From contig JANHCV010000008.1 in NCBI GenBank assembly GCA_025594325.1, positions 124,001-188,000 of the forward strand: 64,000 bases of DNA, read 5' to 3'. The DNA is from Blastocladiella emersonii ATCC 22665 (lineage: Eukaryota > Fungi > Blastocladiomycota). The notes under the pieces are model-generated. The model did not search any database and had not been told where the DNA came from. It saw only the letters and a program-made list of their open reading frames with translations. The stretch's first letter is position 1. The number at the start of each line of letters is the position of its first letter. Positions 55,979 through 64,000 of this stretch are shown here, piece by piece. A program made the translations under genes and the position numbers.

Positions 55979-57922
55979 ATGGTCAAGAATATCTTTAACG
56001 TCTCAAGTACTGCGTCTCCAACCGTGTCTACCACGGGGGTCCCGGACGTGTCCAAGGCCTACGTTGATGCAGCCATCAGTGCCGTGTATGCCACGGTTGG
56101 CGCACCTGTTGCTGGCCCTGGCGTGGCAGTCTCAGGGACCACTGTCTCGGCCAAGGTCGACAACCAGACCCTTGGCGTGGGCGCAGCAGGGCTCTATGTC
56201 AAGTCAGTTGGCACGGCACAGCTGCTCCCGGCCAGCGTCACGGCTGACAAGGTCGCCACGATTACAGCAGGGCAGGTCACAGGCAAGCTCGTCAATGCTC
56301 AGCTGGACACTGTGTCTGCGTCCAAGCTTGTGGGCGTGCTCAGTGCGTCCAACCTCCCAGCCGTTGGGACCTTGGTCCTGGCAGACGGCTCAGTGACTGA
56401 TGCCAAGGTTGCGTCTGTGTCCGGGTCCAAGCTTGTGGCAGGCACGGTCGGGACCTCGATCCTGGCAGACGGCTCAGTGACTGATGCCAAGGTCGCGTCC
56501 ATGTCCGGGTCCAAGCTTGTGGCAGGCACAGTTGGCACAGCGGCTCTCATCGACCTGGCAGTCACAGATGCCAAGGTCGCGTCCGTGTCTGGGTCCAAGC
56601 TCGTTGCAGGGACTATTGGGATGGGAGCCCTGGCAGACGGTGCCGTATCCAACGCCAAGGTGGCAGCTGGCATCGATGGGTCCAAGCTGGCAGCGGGCAC
56701 GGTCGGCTCCCTGGTCCTGGCAGACGCGGCCGTGACCAACGCCAAGCTGGCAACTGGCATTGATGGGGGCAAGCTCAACGTTGGGTCCATTGGAACAGCC
56801 CACCTGGCAGCAGGCGCAGTCACGGATGCCAAGGTCGCAGACGTGTCGGCGGTCAAGCTCACTGGGATCCTTGACCCTGCCCGCATCGCCAACGGGACCC
56901 TGACCAACGCCAAGCTGGCATCTGGCATTGACTCGGCCAAGCTTGCAGGGACCATTGACCTGGCACGACTCCCCGACGTCTCGGCCAAGGTCACGGCGGT
57001 GAGCGCAGCCTCAGTCGCTGGCACGCTCCCCCAGTCCACCCTTGGGCTTGGCGCTGCCTTTGCCTTTGCAAATACGACGGACAGTTTGACATCAAGCACT
57101 GGAGCAGTCACCATTGCTGGTGGTCTTGGAGTTGGCAAGCAACTGACTGTGCCCAACGTCCTGGTCCGGAATGCCACAAGCGCGAACCTTGTCTTTGACT
57201 CGGCTGCCAATACATTGACGTACGTCGACTTTAAGCAGGCAGGCGTACTGCGAAGCAACCTGGCATGCACAGCGGTGGGTAACATTGAGATTGCGTCTGC
57301 GACCACGGGCGGGGTCTCCCTTGTGGCACGTGGCGGCAATGTGGTTGTGGGCTTGGCGACGCTTGGCACAGAAAGGTTCCGCGTCAATGGCACTGGTCGC
57401 TTCACAGGGCAGCTCACCCTTGACCTCGCTCCAGTGGCAGGCACCGACGCGGCAAACAAGGCGTACGTTGACTTGCGGTCCAGCACAACCCAGTACGTCG
57501 CTCAGGCCGAGCACCGCTCTACAAACGGAGTGACCACGGGCGGCAAGATCATTGGCGGCACAGCATCGACGGGCCTGGCCACCTTTGCGTTCCAGTCCAC
57601 GGCGGGCGCGTTCACGTCTGTGATCAATGGATGCGTCAAACCCCCTGTCAGTGGCTACTACCTCGTCCATGCAAAGGGCTACTACGCAAACGGCGCGCTC
57701 CCTGGAGCCCACACTGTGAACTTTGCGCTGTACAATATGACGGACATGATTGCAGTGTCGCTTGTCACCGGGTGCCGCGCTGAAGGCAACATCCAGTTCC
57801 TTCAGTTCTCGAGCATTGAGTACCTTGACGCGGCCAAGAGCTACTCTTTCATCTGGATCCCGTCGGTCGCAGTTGCCAACGACTGCCAGGTCATCATTCA
57901 AAGCCACTGGACCCTGCTCTAA
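55979..57922 (+). CDS. Fibre/spike-like virion protein, 647 aa
   Basis: About 7-8 LADGSVTDAKVASVSGSKLVAGT-type 26-aa repeats, two KAYVD motifs, beta-rich C-terminal domain. Confidence 0.7.
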   Translation: MVKNIFNVSSTASPTVSTTGVPDVSKAYVDAAISAVYATVGAPVAGPGVAVSGTTVSAKVDNQTLGVGAAGLYVKSVGTAQLLPASVTADKVATITAGQVTGKLVNAQLDTVSASKLVGVLSASNLPAVGTLVLADGSVTDAKVASVSGSKLVAGTVGTSILADGSVTDAKVASMSGSKLVAGTVGTAALIDLAVTDAKVASVSGSKLVAGTIGMGALADGAVSNAKVAAGIDGSKLAAGTVGSLVLADAAVTNAKLATGIDGGKLNVGSIGTAHLAAGAVTDAKVADVSAVKLTGILDPARIANGTLTNAKLASGIDSAKLAGTIDLARLPDVSAKVTAVSAASVAGTLPQSTLGLGAAFAFANTTDSLTSSTGAVTIAGGLGVGKQLTVPNVLVRNATSANLVFDSAANTLTYVDFKQAGVLRSNLACTAVGNIEIASATTGGVSLVARGGNVVVGLATLGTERFRVNGTGRFTGQLTLDLAPVAGTDAANKAYVDLRSSTTQYVAQAEHRSTNGVTTGGKIIGGTASTGLATFAFQSTAGAFTSVINGCVKPPVSGYYLVHAKGYYANGALPGAHTVNFALYNMTDMIAVSLVTGCRAEGNIQFLQFSSIEYLDAAKSYSFIWIPSVAVANDCQVIIQSHWTLL

Positions 57923-58105
57923 AGCCCGCGGTGTAAGGTGCCAAGGGGGAGGGTCTTGTGCCACAAGGAATGACTAGCCGGATAATGAAGGATTGTATCA
58001 CGAATGACAAGAGAGAGGGAGAGCGAGGGCAACGCTCGGCTTATGAGGGACTGCGCCACCAGCGCGCGCCACCAGCCCAAGCTGTTGGATCACTGAACCG
58101 TGACA

Positions 58106-61100
58106 CTATCTCCCCTTCCCCCTCCACAGGTCGGGTTTTGACGGGTTCTGCGCGTGGAACTCGGCGAGCAGCTCGAGGTGCTTGAGGTTCGCGTACGGCT
58201 CCCAGGTGTTGTCGTCCTCGGGGCAGCCGTGCCACTTGAGCAGGTACTCGACGCTGCGGCCGACCTTGCGCGCGTCGCGGATCGCCTCGACCGTCCACTC
58301 CTCGTGCCCGTTGACGGCGTACGGCGTTGGCGGCGGCAGCGCGCGGCCCGGGAACGCCTCCTCGTCGTGCTCGTCGATCGGCTTGATGAGCGAGACGTGG
58401 AACACGGGATGGACGCGCGCCATGGTCGGCGGCAGCTCGAGCTCGACGGCCGATTTCCGGATGAGGCGCACGATCTTGAGCGGCTCCGTGTACTTGGGCC
58501 CGAGCTTGGCCTTGGGCACGTTGACGCGCAGGTTCTTGGTGCTCAGCAGCACCATGTCGCCGACCTTGTAGTCGGGGCCCTCGCGGCGGCGGCGGTCAGC
58601 GTGCTTCTTGTACAGCTCCTTGGCGCGCTCGACCTTCTCGCGCAGCTTGCCCTGGACGTCGGCAATGCGCTCGGCCAGCGCGGCGGCTGACGGGACCCGA
58701 TCCGACCGAACTGGCGCGGCCGAGAGCCGCGGGTCAAACGCGTAGTTGGCCTTGAACGGCGACATGCCCGTTGACTCGTTGACCGTGTTGTTGATGGCCA
58801 TCTCGGCGTACCGCAGCAGCTCGGCCCAGTTCGACTGGTCCTCGTTGGCGAACATGCGCAGGTACACCTCGAGGGTCTGGTTCATGCGCTCGGTCTGCCC
58901 GTTGGTCTGCGGGTGGTACGCCGTCGAGAGCTTGGCCTTGATCTCAAGCGACTCGCACATGGCCGACCAGAACCGCGACGTGAACTGCGACCCGCGGTCC
59001 GAGACGATGTCGTCGGGCAGCCCGTGCGGCCGCACCACGTGCTCGATGAAGGCGTCGGCGGTCGTGGCGGCCGTCGGGAGCGCGGCGAGCGGGATGAAGT
59101 GCGTCATCTTGGAGAACCGATCGACGACGACCATGATGCAGGTGTGACCCTTGCTGCGCGGCAGGTCCGTGATGAAGTCCATGGAGATCGACGACCATGG
59201 CCGCGGCGGCGTGGGCAGCGGCTGCAGCTCGCCGTCAGGCCGGTGGCGCGGCACCTTGGCCCGCGCGCAGGTGAGGCACGACTTGACGAACCGCTCGATC
59301 ACCTTGCGCATCCCGGGCCACCAGTACGAGCGCGACACCTTCTCGATGGTGCGCTGGACGCCGAAATGACCGGCTACACGCGTCGCGTGCGCCTCCTCGA
59401 TCACCCGGGTGCGCGCGACGCCCGACGGTACGTACAGCCGGTCGTCTCGCCAAACGAAGCCGTCGAGGTCCATGGTGAGCGACGGGTGCTTGCCCGGGTT
59501 CCGCTGCATCGACTGCGCGAGCTCGTCCTCCGCCAGGCCGTCCCGAATCGCAGCGAGCACGTCGTCGCCCTGCGTGCCCGCGACGAGCGGCGCGCTGGCC
59601 GCGGCCGTGGCGGCCACCGTGAGCGCCGACGCGGGAACGACAGCGCGGCCGAGCATCGGGTTGTCAAACAGCTCGTAGTCGGCGCGGCGCGACAGCGCGT
59701 CGGCGCGCCCGTTGATTGCGCCGGGCCGGTACGTGAACCGGAACGAAAACCGCTCAAGGAACAGTGCCCACCGCGCGTGCCGCTGCGACTCGACCGTCAT
59801 GGTGCGAAAGTGCTCGAGGTTCTTGTGGTCCGTGTACACCTCGACCGGGTGCTGCGCGCCCTCGAGGTGGTGGCGCCAGATCTCGAACGCGACCTTGATG
59901 GCGAGCAGCTCCTTATCCAAGATGGGATAATTCAGCTCTGCCGCCTTGAGCGCGCGCGAGTGGAACGCGACCGGCCGCAGCGTGCCCTCGTTGTCGACCT
60001 GCGACAGGACGCACCCAATGGCGAAGTTGGACGCGTCGGCCTCGACAATGAACTGTTTTGAGGGGTCGGGGTGCGCGAGGAACTGGTCGGACGCGAACCG
60101 CGTCTTGATGGCCGCAAAGGCCGCCGCCTCGGTGTCGCCCCACCGCCACGGCGTGTCCTTCTGCGTAAGACGGGTGAGCGGGATGGTCAGTTCCGAGAAC
60201 TCGGGGATGAAGCGGCGGTAGTAGTTGGCGAGGCCCAGGAACGCCTGCACCTCCTTGACCGTCCGTGGCGCGGGCCACTCGGTCACGGCGCGGACCTTGG
60301 CCGGGTCCATCTCGACGCCCTCGGTGGTCAGGATGTGGCCGAGGTACTCGACGCGCGTCACGTCGAATTCGCACTTCTCGAGCTTGACGTACAGCTTGTT
60401 GTCGGCGAGCCGCTGCAGCACCTCCTTGACGAGCGCCGTGTGCTCTTCGGGGTCCTCGCTGAAGATGAGGATGTCGTCCAGGTACACGAGAACGCCGCGG
60501 CGGTCGAGCAGGTCGCGGAACACGTCGTTGACAAACGCCTGGAACGCGGCCGGCGCGTTGGTCAGCCCGAACGGCATCACCATCCATTCATAATGTCCGT
60601 AGCGCGTGCGGAACGCCGTCTTCCACTCGTCGCCCTCGCGGATGCGGACCAGGTTGTACGCGCCGCGCAGGTCGAACTTGGTGAAGATGCGCGCGCCCTG
60701 CACTTGGTTCATGAGCTCCGCGATGAGCGGCAGCGCGTAGCGGTTCTTGACCGTCAGCGCGTTGAGGCGGCGGTAGTCCACACACATGCGGCGCGACCCG
60801 TCCTTCTTGGGCACGAACATGATCGGAGCGCCGGCTGGCGACCGCGATGGGCGGATGAAGCCGCGCGCGAGGTTCTCGTCGATGGTCTTGCGCAGCTCCT
60901 CGAGTTCGGGCTGCGACAGGGCGTAGACGGGCAGGAACGGCACCTTGGCGCCCTCGACGAGCTCGATCTCGCAGTCGTACGGTCGGTGCGGCGGGAGCGC
61001 GGACGCCGCGGCGGCATCGAAGACGTGCGCCCACTTGAGGTACTTGGCGGGCAGCACGCGCTTCGGCGCCGCGTCATCTGGCGCCTCGGGCGGGCCGTGT

Positions 61101-61966
61101 GCCTCGTCCCACGCGAGCGGGTCGAGGTCGACGCGCGGTGCGACCGTGGCCACCGTGACGCGCTGGGCGGGCGGGCACCCGCAGCGACCAGTGCACGCGC
61201 CGTCAATCGCGACCGTGGCCGAGCGCGGATCCGGCTTCGCGCCGTTCGCGACCATCCATTCGAGTCCCATTATCACCGGAAACGCGGGAGAGTCGACGAC
61301 GAGGAAGCGCGCGACCGAGCAATGAAGGCACGGAATGTCGATGGCGCGACCCGCGTCTCCCACCACGCGCTTCTGCTTGGACGCGTCGCCGGGAGGCACG
61401 ACGCCGTCCGCGAACACGGTTTGGGATCCCGCGACCGCCGCGTGCAGGAACTCGGGCGACGTGACGGACACGGCCGCGTGCACGTAATGCGAGATGTACT
61501 GGCGCTGGCCCGGCGCGGAACCGACGACACCGCGGAGGTCGATGCGACGCGCTAGGCGCTTCGGCACGAGCCCGGCCTGCTCGGCCACCCTGCGGCTGAT
61601 CAGGTTAACCGGCGCGCCCGTGTCGAGCATCATGAACGTCGGGATCGGCGCCGTGCGGAGCCCTGGATGCGCGAGGAGCCCGCCGAGGTGCAGGTGGTCC
61701 TGCGCCATCTCTAGACGCACAAGTGCACCAAAGTACGCAGCAACAGATTTTCCATTAGTCTTCTTATCATTCATGTTTTGTTTCTTCTTTTTGTTCATTT
61801 TTTTCTTCTTGTCGGCGGGCACCGACATCTTATCCGCGGCGGCGGCCGCCGTGGCCATCGCCGTTGTACCACCCAAATCCGCAGGTTTTGGCTTCGAGGA
61901 CGTCGCGGCCTGCTCCGCTACGCCCGACTGGCGTTTCCCGACGACGAGCGCGGGGGCGACGGGCAA
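58106..61966 (-). CDS. pol: pol of element B: protease, RT, RNase H, integrase, chromodomain
   Basis: LDTGA, YLDD, EADAS, HHCC, SMDF/SDRG/TERMN, EYLLKW..TWEP; uninterrupted 1286-codon frame. Confidence 0.97.
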   Translation of the reverse strand: MPVAPALVVGKRQSGVAEQAATSSKPKPADLGGTTAMATAAAAADKMSVPADKKKKMNKKKKQNMNDKKTNGKSVAAYFGALVRLEMAQDHLHLGGLLAHPGLRTAPIPTFMMLDTGAPVNLISRRVAEQAGLVPKRLARRIDLRGVVGSAPGQRQYISHYVHAAVSVTSPEFLHAAVAGSQTVFADGVVPPGDASKQKRVVGDAGRAIDIPCLHCSVARFLVVDSPAFPVIMGLEWMVANGAKPDPRSATVAIDGACTGRCGCPPAQRVTVATVAPRVDLDPLAWDEAHGPPEAPDDAAPKRVLPAKYLKWAHVFDAAAASALPPHRPYDCEIELVEGAKVPFLPVYALSQPELEELRKTIDENLARGFIRPSRSPAGAPIMFVPKKDGSRRMCVDYRRLNALTVKNRYALPLIAELMNQVQGARIFTKFDLRGAYNLVRIREGDEWKTAFRTRYGHYEWMVMPFGLTNAPAAFQAFVNDVFRDLLDRRGVLVYLDDILIFSEDPEEHTALVKEVLQRLADNKLYVKLEKCEFDVTRVEYLGHILTTEGVEMDPAKVRAVTEWPAPRTVKEVQAFLGLANYYRRFIPEFSELTIPLTRLTQKDTPWRWGDTEAAAFAAIKTRFASDQFLAHPDPSKQFIVEADASNFAIGCVLSQVDNEGTLRPVAFHSRALKAAELNYPILDKELLAIKVAFEIWRHHLEGAQHPVEVYTDHKNLEHFRTMTVESQRHARWALFLERFSFRFTYRPGAINGRADALSRRADYELFDNPMLGRAVVPASALTVAATAAASAPLVAGTQGDDVLAAIRDGLAEDELAQSMQRNPGKHPSLTMDLDGFVWRDDRLYVPSGVARTRVIEEAHATRVAGHFGVQRTIEKVSRSYWWPGMRKVIERFVKSCLTCARAKVPRHRPDGELQPLPTPPRPWSSISMDFITDLPRSKGHTCIMVVVDRFSKMTHFIPLAALPTAATTADAFIEHVVRPHGLPDDIVSDRGSQFTSRFWSAMCESLEIKAKLSTAYHPQTNGQTERMNQTLEVYLRMFANEDQSNWAELLRYAEMAINNTVNESTGMSPFKANYAFDPRLSAAPVRSDRVPSAAALAERIADVQGKLREKVERAKELYKKHADRRRREGPDYKVGDMVLLSTKNLRVNVPKAKLGPKYTEPLKIVRLIRKSAVELELPPTMARVHPVFHVSLIKPIDEHDEEAFPGRALPPPTPYAVNGHEEWTVEAIRDARKVGRSVEYLLKWHGCPEDDNTWEPYANLKHLELLAEFHAQNPSKPDLWRGKGR

Positions 61967-62994
61967 TCAGCCGCCTTGTGGCCGTAGCCCTTGCAGTTGT
62001 AGCACTTGATGTCGGTGAGGGCGCGGCCCTGGTGCGCCGCCGCCCGCTGCCGAATCGCGCCAACGTCCATGGCGTCCGGGTCCGGGACGAGCTTGGCCGC
62101 GACGCCCGTCGCCCCGCCCTCGTGCACCAGGAAGTGCTCGACCATCTTGTCGAAACGGTAGCCCTTGCGCAGCGAGGCGAAGGCCACGTCCGCGGCCAGC
62201 GGCGAGTTGCCGGCCGTGACCACCAGGTAGAACTGCATCGCCAGCTCGCTGAGCGCGCGGTAGCCTGCACCGGACGCGGTCTGGCGGAACTTGGAGACGA
62301 AATCGCGCGCCGGCATGGCGCCGCGCACGTACTTGAGGTTCTTGAGCTCGTGCGCGTACTCGGTCTCCGACTTCTCGGCCGGCTGCGTTGACTTGACGAG
62401 GGAGATGTAGGCGTTGAACGAGCCGTAGTCCTCAAACTTGGACCCGGCCATCGCCAGCTCCACGGCCTCGAGCACCTTGCCCGTCAGCTTGCCGTGGAAG
62501 TGCGCAATCTTGAACTTCTCCGGGACGTTGAACGTGAGCTGGAGGATGCTCTCGTACTGCGTGATGGCGCTCTTGACCTTGAAGTTGACGCCGTCAACCG
62601 AATTCATGCGCATCAGCGCGTGCATCGCGGCCGGCGTGAAGCCATCAACGCCCACGCCCGGCCCGCGCGCGCTGCTGACCTGGATGCTGTCGAGCTCGCC
62701 CTGCAGGATACCGTTGAGCGGCTGGCTCTGCTGCGTCTGCCGCAGCTCGACCTCGAGCGCATACGCGCGGCGCTCCGCCGTCTCGGCGCGCCGCTCGGCC
62801 GCGACCGCGCGGGCCTCGGTCGACACGCCCAGTTGCCAGTAGTCGCTGGCAACGTTGAGCGCGAGGAAGACGAGCTTGGCTTTGTCCTCGTACGGCATGA
62901 CCAGGTCGCGCCACGGCGCGAGCTGGTACTCGGGGACAATGGCCGCAACGTCAAACGTCGCCAGCTTTTCGAGGAACTGTGCCGGCGTTATCAT
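61918..62994 (-). CDS. gag: gag of element B with CX2CX4HX4C knuckle
   Basis: MITPAQF start, CYNCKGYGHKAADC; overlaps pol in the -1 frame. Confidence 0.9.
   Translation of the reverse strand: MITPAQFLEKLATFDVAAIVPEYQLAPWRDLVMPYEDKAKLVFLALNVASDYWQLGVSTEARAVAAERRAETAERRAYALEVELRQTQQSQPLNGILQGELDSIQVSSARGPGVGVDGFTPAAMHALMRMNSVDGVNFKVKSAITQYESILQLTFNVPEKFKIAHFHGKLTGKVLEAVELAMAGSKFEDYGSFNAYISLVKSTQPAEKSETEYAHELKNLKYVRGAMPARDFVSKFRQTASGAGYRALSELAMQFYLVVTAGNSPLAADVAFASLRKGYRFDKMVEHFLVHEGGATGVAAKLVPDPDAMDVGAIRQRAAAHQGRALTDIKCYNCKGYGHKAADCPSPPRSSSGNASRA
61933..61939 (-). promoter_or_regulatory. -1 ribosomal frameshift slippery site G GGA AAC
   Basis: Heptamer in the gag frame inside the gag/pol overlap; pol is in the -1 frame. 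Confidence 0.8.
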
Positions 62995-63222
62995 TTTGCC
63001 GTCGTGGAAGAAATCACCGCTCGGAGGGGGTTTTACGGTGATACAAAGTGTAAGGTGCCGAGGGGGAGGGTCTTGTGCCACGAGGAATGACTAGCCGGAT
63101 AATGAAGGATTGTATCACGAATGACAAGAGAGAGGGAGAGCGAGGGCAACGCTCGGCTTATGAGGGACTGCGCCACCAGCCCGCGCCACCAGCCCAAGCC
63201 GTTGGATCACTGAACCGTGACA

Positions 63223-64000
63223 CGCGGTCCCACTTTTCTTGGACTCGGACTGGGACGCGCCTGACCCAGGTTGAGGGCTCCCTTGGCGTGACTGGGGTAC
63301 GCGCAACAGGGAGCCTTGGAAGACCTGGACCTACGCGCTGCCTTGTTGGCGGGTCCTGGGTCGCTGTGACTGGCTGGACGTCGCTGCGTGGATAGAAGCC
63401 CTTGAGGCCTTGGACCTTGTAGCTTGGATTGCTCACGCCCAACCCCTTGCGCACGACCTGGACCTGGCTCACAGTTGTTGACCAGACCGGCTTCCCCTTG
63501 GCCTCCATGGCAGTCTTGTACGGCTCGCGGACTCGGACCTGGGTCCCTACCTTCAACAACGCGCTCAGAGGGTCGCCCTCGGGCTTGCCCTTGGCAGCTC
63601 GGATCTCCTTGAGCTCTTGCTTGGCCGTTTCGCGGGGCATGTCATGGAACGCGTTGGGTGCCTTGCTTGTGGCCCTCGACTTGCTGCTGTTGATCACAGG
63701 TTCAATGGTCTCGAGGTGCTTGGGCCAGTTGTTGTTGCCCGGGATGGACAGCCACGGTGTGAGCATCCGGCGGATGGTCCCGTTCATACGCTCAACAACA
63801 CCTTGACCGTATGGCACTCCTGCCTTACCCTTGATGTGCTTGGCCTCAGTCCCGGCCTCTATGCCAAAGAACTCGGTCCCATTGTCCGTCTGGATCGTGG
63901 CAGGTGCAAGGCTGTGCTTGGCGACCACGCTGGACCATGCTTCCCGCGTCTTGTCCTTGGTCTTGATGGGTTGGAGGTAGACGCGGCGGCTCGCCAGGTT
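63223..64000 (-). CDS. Viral retroviral-type (rve) integrase, 5' part outside the window, 3' end split by element B
   Basis: SRRVYLQPIKTK, IQTDNGTEF, QGVVERMNGTIRR; open to base 64000; original end WDRGL-stop recovered at 57919-57931. Confidence 0.85.

Larger units (their letters stand above)
50732..55989. promoter_or_regulatory. Viral upstream motif TT(G/C)TTG-N8-TAA(A), 7 copies
   Basis: Hexamers at 50740-45, 51513-18, 51806-11, 53069-74, 53899-904, 55984-89 (minus) and 55960-65 (plus, CTGTTG), all with the same spacing to TAA. Confidence 0.75.
57932..63222 (-). mobile_element. Ty3/gypsy chromovirus B (Tf1/sushi-like), apparently intact, 174-bp LTRs, TSD CGCGG
   Basis: LTRs 57932-58105 and 63049-63222 (4 mismatches); CGCGG at 57927-57931 and 63223-63227; PPT 58106-58124. 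Confidence 0.97.
48355..64000 (-). mobile_element. Endogenous Polinton-like DNA virus (continues past the right edge)
   Basis: Intronless compact MCP + penton + A32 ATPase + fibre + rve integrase cluster with a palindromic/repetitive left arm. Confidence 0.85.

Noticed and set aside
50482-57486. Long ORFs 50482-51798, 53998-55605 and 56299-57486
   Set aside because: Opposite-strand shadows of motif-bearing viral genes; they lack the viral upstream motif
58913-61555. 382-aa and 494-aa plus-strand ORFs
   Set aside because: Antisense shadows of element B pol
48355-64000. Bacterial prophage or contamination
   Set aside because: Inserted into a host-side gene family, contains a fungal-type chromovirus, and has an MCP/penton/A32/rve set typical of Polinton-like viruses rather than tailed phage

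Overview
GC-rich eukaryotic DNA with short GT-AG introns, most consistent with an early-diverging (zoosporic, Blastocladiomycota-like) fungus; the host assignment is inference. The window is a nested mobile-element landscape. (1) From 1.5 to 32 kb and 47 to 48 kb lies an array of about a dozen related solo genes with a Gag-capsid-like core and an expanded Cx2Cx11-18Hx4C knuckle. There is also a separate solo Gag homologous to the intact retroelement in this window. Host genes are interspersed: two F-box-like genes, a subtilisin with two internal TAG stops and a 728-aa chitin synthase. A Helitron remnant also lies here. (2) From 32 to 47 kb are a 1.8-kb TIR element, a 6.4-kb Plavaka-type DNA transposon and a deleted Ty3/gypsy element carrying a poly(A) retro-insert. 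(3) From 48.36 kb to the window end is an endogenous Polinton-like DNA virus: palindromic terminus, penton, amphipathic peptide, double jelly-roll MCP, A32 ATPase, fibre and rve integrase. Seven of its genes share a fixed-spacing upstream motif. An intact chromoviral Ty3/gypsy retrotransposon is inserted in the last codons of the viral integrase. All family assignments come from motif recognition by eye; no searches were run.
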